Positions 36,027 to 47,771 of a stretch of 64,000 bases of DNA are shown here, in pieces. A program made the position numbers and the translations under genes. The number at the start of each line of letters is the position of its first letter. Positions within the stretch are counted from its first letter, which is position 1. The notes below the pieces were generated by a model. That model was not told where the DNA came from. It worked only from the letters and a program-made list of their open reading frames with translations, and did no database searches. The DNA is from Plasmodiophora brassicae (taxonomy: Eukaryota): positions 620,001-684,000 of the forward strand of contig CP145410.1 in the NCBI GenBank assembly GCA_036867785.1, in the 5' to 3' direction.

Positions 36027-36407
36027 TTAGGAATACTTTCCCCGGATCGCTTCGATCTTTCGGCGGGCGCTTGATCTTCGGGTTGTGACAGCACTCGGCT
36101 CTGTTTCCGTGTCCTCAAGCTTGCCCATGACGGCGTCGATTACAGTATCGATAGCTAGATCGAGGTGCCGTTCGAGATCACCCAGCAGCGACCGTCCAAG
36201 TATCGTATTATCATCGCGCAGACGAGCGAATTGTTCGCGAGCGGCGCCCAGAACACCTCGACGTCTCTCGATGCGACGAACGACCAAGAAGACCAACAGG
36301 GCCAGGAACGCAACGAGCAGCGCCAGACGCGGGTTGAAGGCCAGGACAACCACCGCAAGGATCGCGCCGAGGCCACCAACGGCACCTGGAGCAGACGATG
36401 ACGCCAT
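36027..36407 (-). CDS. Small hypothetical membrane protein (two hydrophobic helices plus helical tail)
   Basis: MASSSAPGAVGGLGAILAVVVLAFNPRLALLVAFLALLVFLVVRRIERRR. Confidence 0.55.
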   Translation of the reverse strand: MASSSAPGAVGGLGAILAVVVLAFNPRLALLVAFLALLVFLVVRRIERRRGVLGAAREQFARLRDDNTILGRSLLGDLERHLDLAIDTVIDAVMGKLEDTETEPSAVTTRRSSARRKIEAIRGKYS

Positions 36408-36674
36408 CTTGCTGTCACGGCTGCGTGCGCGGAAAATGTTAATCACGACTAACGCCGAGTTACCCCGTTGAGCTGATGAGTCATGGGTTGCTTGTGGCTA
36501 GCTCGAAGCTGACTCACGGTTGGAAGACTGTGGCAAGATTCCCTAGATGGTGACTCACGAATGTGGAAACCTGCCTGGTTTGGGCATGGTGCGCCGAAGC
36601 CATCGTCATTGTGATATTGAGCGCCCAGAGTTCGCGTATCTGCTGTTTCACTCCACCTGTCTACAAGAAAAGAT

Positions 36675-36959
36675 ATGAAGGTCCTTCTCGCCGTCGCCCT
36701 CTTCGCGGTCGTGGCCGTTGCCAGCAACGACGGATATACATCGTCGTCATCGGCACCAGCAACGACAGCCCCTGCTCCGGCGTATCAGTCGAGCGGATCC
36801 GATGAGCAGTACGTCAGCTCGTCGTCTGCGCCAAGCACCGCCGGCTACAGCGGCGTGCAACAGTCGACGCAGAAGCCGGCCAAGTCTGCAGGGTTCTCGG
36901 CGAATCCAGCCGGGCTGGCTTTTGTTCTCCTCGCTATTGTCCTTGCGCTCTTTGAATGA
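36675..36959 (+). CDS. Small secreted Ser/Ala/Thr/Pro-rich, probably GPI-anchored surface peptide
   Basis: Signal peptide MKVLLAVALFAVVAVAS, low-complexity core, and C-terminal KSAG...PAGLAFVLLAIVLALFE. Confidence 0.8.
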   Translation: MKVLLAVALFAVVAVASNDGYTSSSSAPATTAPAPAYQSSGSDEQYVSSSSAPSTAGYSGVQQSTQKPAKSAGFSANPAGLAFVLLAIVLALFE

Positions 36960-37032
36960 AACGCCATTCTGGACCGTACAGGAAAGACTTGTATTTGCTA
37001 GAGACGCAGTCGGTGTCGCTAGAGCATCGCGC

Positions 37033-37382
37033 CTAGTCAGTGTCCGGCCGTGCTGCTCGCCTGCTGGCATCTTGCAGAAGCTGGGTATCAACGTCGGCCT
37101 TGTTCAACTGCACGTAGCGTACAACAGATCCCCGAATGAAAATCTTCTTCACTGACAACTACGACTGAATGAGACACCTCAATCCACACAACAGCGAGGC
37201 GACCGAGCATCACGCCGTACCATGTGCGGGTACAGATCCGGGTCGACGACCTCAACCTCATCAAGCTTGATGTTCAGGTACTGGTCTACGGAATGCAGGA
37301 CGCCCTTCAGCCGCAGATCGTTCTTCAACTCGATAACGACGCCCTTGCCGGTCAGCGTCTTGAAGAACGAGAAGAAGTGCAT
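37033..37382 (-). CDS. LSM2: U6 snRNA-associated Sm-like protein LSm2 (2 exons)
   Basis: MHFFSFFKTL..VVIELKNDL.LKGVLHSVDQYLNIKL...YPHM / LSVKKIFIRGSVVRYVQL...DTQLLQDASRR. Confidence 0.95.
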
Positions 37383-37600
37383 TCCGAGCGCGATCCGACG
37401 CAGACCGAACACGGACTCCGACTCTGCGAGGACGCACTTCCACTCCCACCGCCTCCACAGGTGCCACCAGCTGCCCGCAGTGTGCCACTGCACCATTCGC
37501 GGGTCGATTATTTGTGTCCTGGACGGGCCTGCACAGTTTGACTTGTACTGTGCTGCTGGTAAGTGCGCATTGAGCGAAGCGGGCAACGTCAGCTGCCATA

Positions 37601-38884
37601 ATGCCAACAGCAACGGTAGCGCGCACTGCGGTGCGGGCAGCCATGCGGGGGCCCCTGCTGACGCGCGACTACCTGGACCTGGTCCTCTACGACAAGGCGG
37701 TCGGCTACTTTAATACGGGCGCGCGGATACGCCAGAACATGAGGCCGCTGGATTTCCGGGCGCTGAGAGGCGAGAACCAGTATCGGCAGGTCGTTGCCGA
37801 CCTGTACCGTCACGAACAGGGGTGGACCACACCGGTCGAGATCTTCCAGGCAGGAACAAATGTGTGATCTCGAATGCCGTCGTGCTGACTCACGTGTGAA
37901 CAACAGCCGGTCTACGCGGAAGCAATTGTCGCCTGGATGCTGGACTCTGGATCTGCGTCCGGGGACCGATTTCGGATCGTGGAGATCGGCGGTGGGAATG
38001 GCACGTGTGCTGTCAACATCCTCGATGCCTTGCGTGATCGATATCCAAGCCTGTACGACCGCGTCACTTACACGCTCGTCGATATCAGCGAGCAGTACTC
38101 GAGGCATCAGCAGAAGTCTTTGTTTGGCCACCAGGACCGCTGCGAGTTTCACAACGTGAGCGCCGCCGACGTGGGTTCCATCCGGTTTCCCGGTCATCGT
38201 GACACTCCCACGTTCATTATTGGCCTGGAGGTCCTGGATAACATGTCGCATGACAAGGTTATTCACGACGAGACCGGCAATGTACTGCAGACCGTCGTCA
38301 ATCCTTCCTGTGAGCGTGAGCAAGACGCCGCATGGTCGGAAACGTTCGTTCCTGTGGATGACCCGCTCATCATCGAGTATCTGGACGCGGTCAAGGACAC
38401 CCCTCGTCAGAAGGCGGAGCATAGCAGCCTCTGGTCGCGGGTTACTGCACCGTTTCAGTCCGATTCGGAGGATCATCCTGCATCCAGGAGCGAGTGGTTA
38501 CCAACGACGGCGTTCGCGTTTCTAAAGGCGTGCGCGAAACGATGCCCCAACCGCCACCTGTTCCTCGCCGATTTCGACTTCCTGCCGGATGCCATCGCTG
38601 GAGTGAACGCCCCCGTTGTGGCCGAGAAATCCATCCGGACGGCAGGCGAAGCCGTCGACCATGATACGTATTTGCTCGACCGCAGCATCAAAGCGGATAT
38701 CTTCTTCCCAACTGATTTCGAACGTCTGCGCTATGTTTGCGACTCGCTCAGCGATCGGAAGGCTCGCGTGTGGAAGACGGCCGAGTTCATGAGCACGTTT
38801 GCGGAGACGTCGCGCACGATGACCAAGTCTGGATATAACCCATTGCTCGAAGACTACGTGAATACACGCATCCTTACTGCCTGA
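37601..38884 (+). CDS. SAM-dependent methyltransferase, MidA/NDUFAF7 family (2 exons)
   Basis: LTRDYL..LY...GYF, WTTPVEIFQ, IVEIGGGNGT, LEVLDNMSHD, ADIFFPTDF, TKSGYNPLLEDYVN. Confidence 0.85.
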
Positions 38885-38996
38885 CCCTGCCGTGTCGAAA
38901 GATCTGGTATCCATTTCCGGGCACGCGATATCAGATCAAGGCACGAGCCGTTGCGATTTCACTGACAATAGTTCGACTTTGTCGACTAGCAGCGGC

Positions 38997-39988
38997 ATGC
39001 CTTCGTCAGCAAAGGTGCCACGTCTTGCCGATGCCAACTGGGGCACGACGGAACTCTTGTTGAACGGTGTGCGTTCGGGTCTTCAAGCGATCCGCGTGTT
39101 CTGGCACAAGGTGCACTTCTGGTACTTCACCGACGTTGATGCGCTCGGGCATCGTGCCATCGGATCCATGGATCCATCACGAATCCCAAATGCGCTGAAT
39201 GGCCACCAGTGGAGCTTCCTCGCCGTCGTCCTTCTCACAGCAGCAACGCTTCCCTATGCAACCCAGGTGCCACCCATTGCCTAGATCGAAGGTTCAGATT
39301 CCCAGTGTCTGACAATATCCAATGGCAGCGATACGGTGGGGCGAACCCGGTCCTCAAATCCCTCGACATCACTTTCCTTCTCCTCAGCCTTCTGCTTTCG
39401 ACGATCACCGCCGGCATCCGGCAAGCCTACGTTTGGAGAACTAAGGCACTGGAGGTCGAGCACGCGCGGCTGCTACGACGGTACAAGAACCTCGAGCGTC
39501 GGTTCAATGTTTGGCCATTGCCGGCTACACGCCAGGTTAGCGCGTTGCTGAACAAGTTCGAGACGCACAAGGTATGCACCATCTTCAATGCTTGAGCGAA
39601 TGCACAGCTCAATGACGGCTGTAATGCGTCTATTCAGTTAGCCGTGATCGAAGCTGGATCATTCATGCTGTTGGCGAGTTTGATCGCAACAGCCGTCCAT
39701 GCGGGTCTAATCACGCAATCGGTGGGGGGTGCCCACAACCATCGCCTTGCCGGTATTGCTCACTGGGGCCCGTGACAGATTCTACGCCTGAGTGTCAGCT
39801 ACCAGATGGCTCGCCTGCACGTGCAGAACGTCGTATTGGCACGGCTGATGCCGTACAACCTCATTGCCATCATCAACGCCATCACGCTGCTCGACTACAT
39901 GCTGCGCGTTCCAATCATCACCAGGTTCCAGTGGCTCTACTGCCTGACCCATTTCCCGCCCGTGCAACCGCCTTCTGAGGCGGCCTGA
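38997..39988 (+). CDS. Hypothetical multi-exon membrane protein
   Basis: A chain of plus-strand ORF fragments with hydrophobic segments, separated by GT-AG intron-like gaps. No family recognised. Confidence 0.45.
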
Positions 39989-40049
39989 TAGCATTTCGTC
40001 CCGTGAATACAGGCGCAGATATCCGGACGATGGCGAACCGGAGTGCCGG

Positions 40050-40521
40050 TCATACACGTTGTTTATGACATCGGAACGTGTCTAGAACAATGAAGTATCG
40101 GTTGGACGGGGGCAGGTTCCGTCGATCACGCTGCAGGATGAACGTCTGATGGAAGGCGAACTCTTGATCGATGCCATAGCGGACGTTGCCGGCGACTGTG
40201 ACAAGCAGATCGTCTGCCATCGGCTGGATGTCGTACGATGTCACCGTGTGCTTCGATACGGGCATCTCCTTGAAGAACCGGTCGATAGCGGCTGCAGATG
40301 TGATACGCGTCCCATTCCACAGGACGGTCGACGTCTCCTGGTAGAACGCGGCGACGTCGCTCCGATGGTAGTCCAGGGTCTCGTAGAACAGCGACTGCAC
40401 GACGCGGAACGCGCATCCACCCTCATCAGTCCCTCCCTGTATGCCACCGACAGGGCGCATCACGAACCTGAAACGCATCGGCCTGCAGGTCGACGATGAC
40501 GTTGGCCTCCTGGATCGCCAT
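40050..40521 (-). CDS. NXT1: NTF2-related export protein (NXT1/p15-like, 2 exons)
   Basis: FYETLD..R...FY..STVLWNG, MPVSKHTVTSYDIQP, LVTVAGNVRY, FHQTFIL, YFIVLDTFR. Confidence 0.85.
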
Positions 40522-40658
40522 CAAAGATGTAGCTCCGACTGTCTGCAAACTCCGTGGGCGCGCGCACCTAATATGTCAGGGACCTGACAAGAACTCGGCC
40601 CACGTTCTTCACGCAGCACGAGTTCCCTACTTGGCCACGACACCCACATATACGTTCA

Positions 40659-41948
40659 TCACCTCCAGATGCGTATTGTTGTATCAGCGGATGCGGACGC
40701 TAGAATAGGTCGAAAGGGATGGAACGCAACAGCGTAGACGCGATCCCGATGGCCTTCGAGGACGCGAGGTGTGATCGGGGACCCAGACGCGCGCTTGGCG
40801 CCTACGTCGAATACGTAGGTGAGCGCGTCAGCACTGCCCGATGCGATCAGGCATTGCGGCAATCGGTCGTCGACGTCCACGATATCATCGTCGGTCGACT
40901 CGGACGTCGGCCGCGTATCGCAGAAGATGGCGCTGCGAATCGGCCAGTTCCGGCTCTTGTGCCCGCGTAACTCGTGGATGACCGTCATGGACGATCGGTC
41001 GTAAACGTGGATAACGTTGTCAAATGCGTTGCAGGCGACCAGCTCGGCGTGCGCTGCAATATGCGAAATAGGCGACCCGATCGACACGGCCGATACGCAG
41101 CAGTCCGGTTTCGTGACATTCCATGTCTTCAGCATGCCCGAATGGTCTCCTGTTAGCACCTGCCGACCGTTTGGACTGCAGTAAACGCTGTTGACAATAG
41201 CGTCGTTCTTCAACGTTGCAAATGGCACGACACCCAGTCTAGTTCCAGTCAGTCATCGGTGAGATAGCAACTTTCGTCTAATGCCGTACCGTCTGTCAAA
41301 GCCGAACACGGCGCCTTGGGTGGTGGCAGCAAACCAGATATTGCCATCGGTTGCACTCGATATGGATTGAATGGCCCCGTGTCCACCGCCGATAGTGGCA
41401 GCCGCATGGACAGTCCCCAAATCCCACAGCTTTGCCGTGCCATCGTAGGACCCGGTCACAACTGACGTCTCGTCGAGCCATGCCACCGCCGCCACGCTCC
41501 TCTGATGGTCGCTCAGCACGACCGGCTCCACAGGACATGCAGTCCGAGTCGCTTCGACGTCCCATATCCGGGCGGAGCCATCGAACGCGCCACTGCAGAG
41601 CCGTTTGCCGGACGGCGAGAACGCCACCGCGTACACCGCCCCCGTATGCCCTTTCAGCGTCTGCCTGCACTCGAACCTGGCCGTCGACGCCGGCTCGTGC
41701 TCCGCCTCCGCCGGCGTCGCATGCCTCGCCAGCGCTTCCGTGACGTTGAACGGCGCCACCGGGTGACGCAGTCGCGACAGCAACCGGGCCTGCTCGAAAT
41801 TCATCTCGTAGGCGGTCCGCTTCAAATCCCGGTTCTCGCGTTCCAATAGGTCCACCTGCGCCCGCAGCTTCCGTATCGTGGCCTGGGCCAGCTCCAGGCT
41901 ACGCCCGGTCGATGGCGCCGTCATCGTCCGCGGCACATCTCCGCTCAT
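40659..41948 (-). CDS. WD40-repeat protein with N-terminal coiled coil (2 exons)
   Basis: IRKLRAQVDLLERENRDLK coiled coil, GHTGAVYAVAFSP..SGAFDGSARIWD, GHRDRVYAVAFHP..SASADTTIRIW. Confidence 0.85.
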
Positions 41949-43392
41949 CGTCCAAAACGCGTCTCAGGGAGTGTGGTGTGCACCTCGGCGCGAACCCGGC
42001 ACCTTCGGGCGCCGTCCCGGTGCGGCTTGTGCCAGCTGTTGTCATGGCGACGGCGAGGTGATCACCACGATCATCATCGGCCACTCTGGCGACGACGGCA
42101 TCCATGGCGGTCTGTTCGCGGTGATGCGCGACGAAGTTGTCCCAGGCAGCGTGCGGCTTGTCGAGGTATCGTACGAAGGCGCCCGATTCCATCAGGGACA
42201 TGGTGCCGGCAACGGCGTCGTCGAACAGGCCGGGGCGGACGTACTCGGGGCGGACAGCCCCGCCGAGGAAGATCACGTTGCGGAAGAGTTTGATTTGCGG
42301 GCTGGGCAGGTTTACTTCCAGGGGAGCGCCCTGGTTCAGGTACAGGCGGAAGATGCCCTCGGCGAGGCCGGCCGAAGGGTGCGCCCTGTATTTCTTGACG
42401 TCGCGCCAGAAGTACAGAGATTCGACGCAGAACTCGTCCATCAGGTGCGTTTTGAACGATTCGAACCCCACCGGTGTGCACAGGAACCGTTCCAACTGGC
42501 CAATGCGTGCCGCGTCAGGGTCGCCTGCGCCGACTGACGGGTACCGCCTCAGGTCCAGAATTGGCCTGACGAACATGGAATACAGTACGAAGTCAATAAC
42601 GACAATGGTGATCGCGGACGGCGCCTGGGACGAAGTGGCCGTTGAAGACAACGCTTGAATGGCGCCGTGGAGCAGGAAGGCAACCAAGCAGCCTGAGACG
42701 GTCCTCCAAAGCATGAGCCTCGTTCCCCACCCGTCAAACGAAATTCGAAGGCGCTGTAACAGCGTGATCGTGGCAGTAAGCGTTGGCACGCGGAACATCA
42801 GGCACAGGTTGCTGAACGTGATGGTGCCCAGTGTCGTGGAGTGACCTGGGATCGCCGTCAGGTCTGCGTGCGCTAACGCGTACAACGCCATGAACGCCAG
42901 CAGTATGATCCATTGCAGGGCGATCCAGCAAATGACGAACCTGCCTCCGGATACAATGTTCGAGTATCGGATCTCTTGCTGGGCGCGGTTAGCGTCACCC
43001 CCAGTTAACGGGCCCCGCTGACGCAGGGCGACCCGCTTCCGTGCGCGATGGTTCGCCACGTACAACGTTAGTGTAAAAACGAACAGCCCTTCGACTAGGA
43101 AAACGAGTAGGGACTGGCAGACAAACACGTCGACGATGGGGGGAATCGACTCGGTAAGAACGCAACGTGAAGCCTGCGCAAGGATGAGCAACGTGGCGCT
43201 GACGCCCATGAAAGCCAGCAAGTGCGGGCGTCGGCTTTTAACGGGTTCCAGGGCGGCGTGGCGAAGGTAGAACGGCACGATAAGTAATGCCGGCACATGC
43301 AGGGCAATGACGCCGACCCAAGCGCCTCGCTCAGCGGGCGTCATCGATCGTGCTCGTTCCCGCTTTCGGAACGGGATCACGAGTCGTACCAC
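41899..43392 (-). CDS. 7TM-RGS protein (multi-pass N-terminus plus C-terminal RGS domain), intronless
   Basis: About 7 hydrophobic helices, then LERFL...GFESFKTHLMDEFCVESLYFWRDVKKY...IFRLYLNQGAPLEVNLP...LFDDA....LMESGAFVRYL. Confidence 0.88.
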   Translation of the reverse strand: MVRLVIPFRKRERARSMTPAERGAWVGVIALHVPALLIVPFYLRHAALEPVKSRRPHLLAFMGVSATLLILAQASRCVLTESIPPIVDVFVCQSLLVFLVEGLFVFTLTLYVANHRARKRVALRQRGPLTGGDANRAQQEIRYSNIVSGGRFVICWIALQWIILLAFMALYALAHADLTAIPGHSTTLGTITFSNLCLMFRVPTLTATITLLQRLRISFDGWGTRLMLWRTVSGCLVAFLLHGAIQALSSTATSSQAPSAITIVVIDFVLYSMFVRPILDLRRYPSVGAGDPDAARIGQLERFLCTPVGFESFKTHLMDEFCVESLYFWRDVKKYRAHPSAGLAEGIFRLYLNQGAPLEVNLPSPQIKLFRNVIFLGGAVRPEYVRPGLFDDAVAGTMSLMESGAFVRYLDKPHAAWDNFVAHHREQTAMDAVVARVADDDRGDHLAVAMTTAGTSRTGTAPEGAGFAPRCTPHSLRRVLDDERRCAADDDGAIDRA

Positions 43393-43469
43393 GAATCTTC
43401 CTATCTATGTCACCTGATGCACGCGACCGCCTCAGAACAGTACTGTGGTGGATACGCTTCATATTGTCA

Positions 43470-44309
43470 TCATGGGAAGGACATGAAGAAGGATTCCAAC
43501 GTGGCGGCCGTGCGTCGAACGGTGCTGATGTCGTCCGCGGTGGCCGGGGATACAGATGAAACAGGGGCGACGGTGGGAGCCAGTATATCGGCGAACGATT
43601 TCAGGCTCATCGTCGAACCTGGCGGGCCCATTCGGCGTATCCACACGATCAGGTCGGCGAGGAACACGAGGATATTGCACCGGATCATGGTCGACCTGTC
43701 AAGCGCTTGCAAGGCACTAACCCTGCAATGGGTAATGGAACGTAGCGTTAGATCGCGCGCGGTCACCATCGGCTCGCCCTCAGCCTGACGTTCGCGTAAC
43801 CACATCTTAATCGCCAGTGACGCCAGGATCTTCTCGTCGTGGGAGCCATCGGAGGCCCACAACACGCCTGACTGCACCTGCTCCATGAGCGCATGGACCC
43901 GGTCGGCGCCCAATGACAAGCGAAACACGCCCGCTAATGTTGGATCCATCGGCTCTTCAATGTTGCGGATGATTGTCGCGAATGTCTGGAGGACGACGGG
44001 AACGCATTGGGCGTTGACCTCGTAGTCTTCGAGCTTTAAGGCGACGGGGCGTGCCGTCCACATTCCAAGGTGACGTGCCATCCACGACGACCATGTCCTG
44101 TCAGCAGGGGGCTGGCGCACCCCGGCTGAAGGGCAGAATCGGTCCCGATGATCAATCAGAGGGAACGATCCTTGAACCGGTAGCGGCAGGACAGGCGCAT
44201 GAGGCAGGGCTATGCTGCCATCACTTTCAAACTCGTCGAACACCCACTGCACTGAAACGGCAACTCCAGCCGCCACTGCGATAGCGGCAATGATGTGGCA
44301 AACGACCAT
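43470..44309 (-). CDS. RhoGAP-like domain protein with N-terminal signal peptide or anchor
   Basis: MVVCHIIAAIAVAAGVAVS. VPVVLQ...GVFRLS (Arg finger position), ASLAIKMWLRE..EPM, MSLKSFADILAPTV. Confidence 0.7.
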   Translation of the reverse strand: MVVCHIIAAIAVAAGVAVSVQWVFDEFESDGSIALPHAPVLPLPVQGSFPLIDHRDRFCPSAGVRQPPADRTWSSWMARHLGMWTARPVALKLEDYEVNAQCVPVVLQTFATIIRNIEEPMDPTLAGVFRLSLGADRVHALMEQVQSGVLWASDGSHDEKILASLAIKMWLRERQAEGEPMVTARDLTLRSITHCRVSALQALDRSTMIRCNILVFLADLIVWIRRMGPPGSTMSLKSFADILAPTVAPVSSVSPATADDISTVRRTAATLESFFMSFP

Positions 44310-44829
44310 TGGGGTGTCTGGAATCGGCGGCGCAACCCGTCCGGCCTGAAACAAGCGCCGATCACATCCGAAACCGTTATCTGATCGGTCGGGCACATCT
44401 TGTGCAGCGATAGCTTTATGTTGCCGCCGCAGACAGATGGGACTACGAGCATCGTATTCACAAGGAGCAATGCATCGACAGCGTCAATTTGAATGCACAG
44501 GTGCCACGAGCGTTTCGCTCGTGAAAACGTTCCCCGCCCCTTTCGTTTCAGCAAAGCCGCGGCTATGGCTATCATGACAATGGACGTTGCCTCTTCGTCG
44601 GCCCCGTCTCCCTGACCTCATAGCACTGTGCTCCGACATGGTTATGCCGCCCGCAACATGCGGACGAAGGCCAGAGGCCAGCATGGCAGGACACTGTACA
44701 CGGCATCCACCGAGCTGGTTGGGGTCTTCTACCTGGCCCATTCAGCGACGATTCTATTTCGGACGTCCGGGGCTCCTGGTGAGGTCTTTGACTGGGGAAC
44801 CATCTCGCTCGCTCCCACATGATTCGGCA

Positions 44830-45858
44830 ATGTATCGTGCCGCGATTCAGAACATGGTTCGTGTTGCTGCTGTCGTGATTGGTCTGATCCTCCTCACCGC
44901 TGCAGCCGTGTACACGTTGTATCCTCGTCGCGTTGGAAGCAAAGCGGATGATGGCGCTCCTGCAGGGCGATCGGAAGCAACAGAACATGACGGTACGCAA
45001 CGCAGCCTGCAAGATGTACGTCACATCGCCGGGACGGTCGCTGGAGCAATCGCGATCCCTACAGTCGGGGCACTGGCATGGAGGGGCTGGAACCAAAGGA
45101 AACAGGTCCCCACGGGTCCTGCAAAGCGGCGCCGAGCAACGTCTACTGCCGTCAAGGGAGCCGCACTGCTTCTTGGGGTTGCAGGATTGGCCCGCGCGGC
45201 AACATCCATCGCGGGACATGATACCAGTCCGGTGAACGACGAGGGCACCGTGAAGCGGATGGTGAAGGAGACCAACAGGCCGGTGACGTCGGAGACCCCA
45301 GAGGGACCAGCACCAGCCACGCCGAGCGTTTCTGCGCCGTCGTCGACAATCTCGAAGGAGCCGCAGCCGCTGAGGTACAATACGAGTGCCAGTATATCGG
45401 AACAATGGCGCGAGTTCCTCCAGCACGGCAGGTCCACTGAGGATCTTCACTGGATAATCGGAGAACTGGAGACAACGGGGCCAATGTCGGATGCCACCAT
45501 TCGCCGTGTACTGGCGAAGTACGCCGACAGTGAGCGTGGGAGCTTGGCAGGCGCCCCACCTGCTCCAACCGATAACATCGACATCGTGGCAGTTCACCCG
45601 GTTGTGCAACCACGCCAGGTACGACTATATTCCCCGGCCTAGGGTACTCCCATAACCGACCTGACACAGGCTGGGTGTACGGTGACCAAGGTCGCATTCC
45701 CGGACGGCGACCAGCCCTGTTCCATCTGCTTCGACGACCTGACCGACGGCGTGCGATCTGAATGCGGGCATCACTTTCATGCCGAGTGCCTGGAGTCCCG
45801 ACTCGACAGTGGAGCGCTTACGTGCCCGGAATGCGACAGCCGGATCACCCGTGCATAA
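44830..45858 (+). CDS. RING-H2 E3 ubiquitin ligase with N-terminal signal/TM segments (exons 44830-45618 and 45670-45858)
   Basis: In-frame GT-AG intron at 45619-45669 with a ctgac branch site. Exon 2 encodes CSICFDDLTDGVRSECGHHFHAECLESRLDSGALTCPEC, which the ORF track misses. Confidence 0.82.
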
Positions 45859-45881
45859 ACGGGGCCACGACCGGGTATAGA

Positions 45882-45902
45882 TGTGTGTGTGTGTGTGTGT
45901 GT
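45882..45902. repeat. (TG)n microsatellite, about 10 units
   Basis: tgtgtgtgtgtgtgtgtgtgt between two convergent genes. Confidence 0.9.
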
Positions 45903-45998
45903 AACGTATGGTGTATATGAATGGCACAGAGAGACGTGTAACTTACGCGTACGCGTGACTTGATGGGGACGAGCGGTGGAAGGTAGCGCTAAAGAGAA

Positions 45999-47771
45999 TT
46001 AGGAGAATTGGAAGCCGGCACTTGGAACCTGCGCTTGTGTGCCGAACGCGAACTGGCTGCCCTGGGCCTCGGGCTCGAGGCCGGTGCTCAGATCGTCCGT
46101 CTCGAAGTACGCCTTCAGAATGGACAGCGCCTTCCTGTAGATGTCCCTGTTCTGGTGGCTCTGAAGGTGCTCCAGTTTATCCAGGCCCTCGCACTCCTCG
46201 ACGTACGTGGCAAACACGTTCGTGTCCGACCCGTTCGCCAGCATGTCCTTCTTCCCGACTCTCAGGATGTTCTCAATGCCCTCCATGGCCACCATAACCA
46301 TCTTGGCGTCAGCACACGTGAACAAGTCACAAAGCGGGGGGATGCATCCCTGCTGCACAAGGTATCGGATCTGCTGGTCGGTACCGCCGGACGTCGCGTT
46401 CGAAATCGCCCAGGCCGCTTCCTTCTTGATATCGTACTCGGCGGACTGAAGCTTGTGGATCAAGGGCGGAATAAGGTTCGACGCCATCACCTGCTCGATC
46501 TGATCGGGATTGCCTGCGGTGATGTTGGAGATCGTCCAGCAGGCTTCCTTAACGATGCCCTTCTTCTCATTGTTGAGCAGCGACAGCAGGCCGACCAGCC
46601 CGCCATGGTTGATGACCACCTGCGTCTGCACGTCGTTTCCAGTAACAATGTTACCGATCGTGCGCAGCGCAGGCGTCTTCACCATGTTGGACACGTGATG
46701 CAGCAGCTCCACAAGGCGGCGAACGACGCCGGCGCGAATCACAGCCTGAATCTTCTCGTTGTCCGCACCAGTGTCGTCGGACAGGTACGACAGCGCCCAG
46801 CACGTGTCCGTAATGACTTCCTCGTCGTTGGACTCAAGGAGATGAGCCAGGACGGAGAGCGCAGGTCGCACCATCTCAAACGGCGGCTGCGGCTTGCCTC
46901 GGCACAGGTTCGACAGCGTCCACGTTGCATTTCGCAGCATGGACGGCTTGCTGTCCGTCATACACAGCTCGATGAGCGGATTCAGGGCGCCCTGCGCCAG
47001 AACGAAATCGCGGCAATGCGGCGAATCACCGGCGATGTTGCCCAACGCCCACACGGCCTGCTCTTTCACATCGTCCTGGGGCGACTTCAGGAGGGCGACG
47101 AAAATAGGGACGGCGCCGGCATCAATGACGACCTGTCGAGACGCCGGTCAGGCAACGCACCGACAGTGACAGCATCGATCGAGGGCAGACCTTCGTATGG
47201 GCCGATGTTCCAGAGGCGATATTCGTCAGCGCCCATGCCGCTTCGAATTGCAGCTGGGTGTACTGGTCATCCGCTAGGAACTGGACGAGACGCGGCACGA
47301 CGCCTGAATCGATGACTTGCTGGATCGGCGGGTTACGCTCTGTGGCCGCCGGCGTCAGTGGACATAATAGGCATTCGCACAGCCTGACAGGCAGCACGTA
47401 CCAATGCTGAGCAGCTTTCGGATCTGGGTCGTGGCCTCAAACTGAGTGGCACGATCCGGCGAGTGGATCCCCGTCAGTAGATGCGGCAGGGCAGCAAGCG
47501 ATGACGCAACATAGGGATCTCTCGTCGCAGCGCTCGTCGACGAATCAACCTGCTCCTTCCATTCACCACCGGCGCCCATTCGCCGTTTCTAATTTGCATG
47601 CATTCAGGCCGATTTCGTAATACGCGCTGCCCGGCCTGCACACACCTGAATCTGCTCATCGCGTTTGCTCTTGCGCAGCTCGACGGTGGTCTCCTCGCGG
47701 CGCCGCCGGGCCAGGTCCAGGTCGATGCCCTTCTTGAAGTTGCGCTGACGGTCGGACCTGATCGGCTCCAT
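45999..47771 (-). CDS. KPNA: Importin subunit alpha (4 exons)
   Basis: IBB domain [29 protein letters not shown] repeats [41 protein letters not shown]. Confidence 0.96.
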
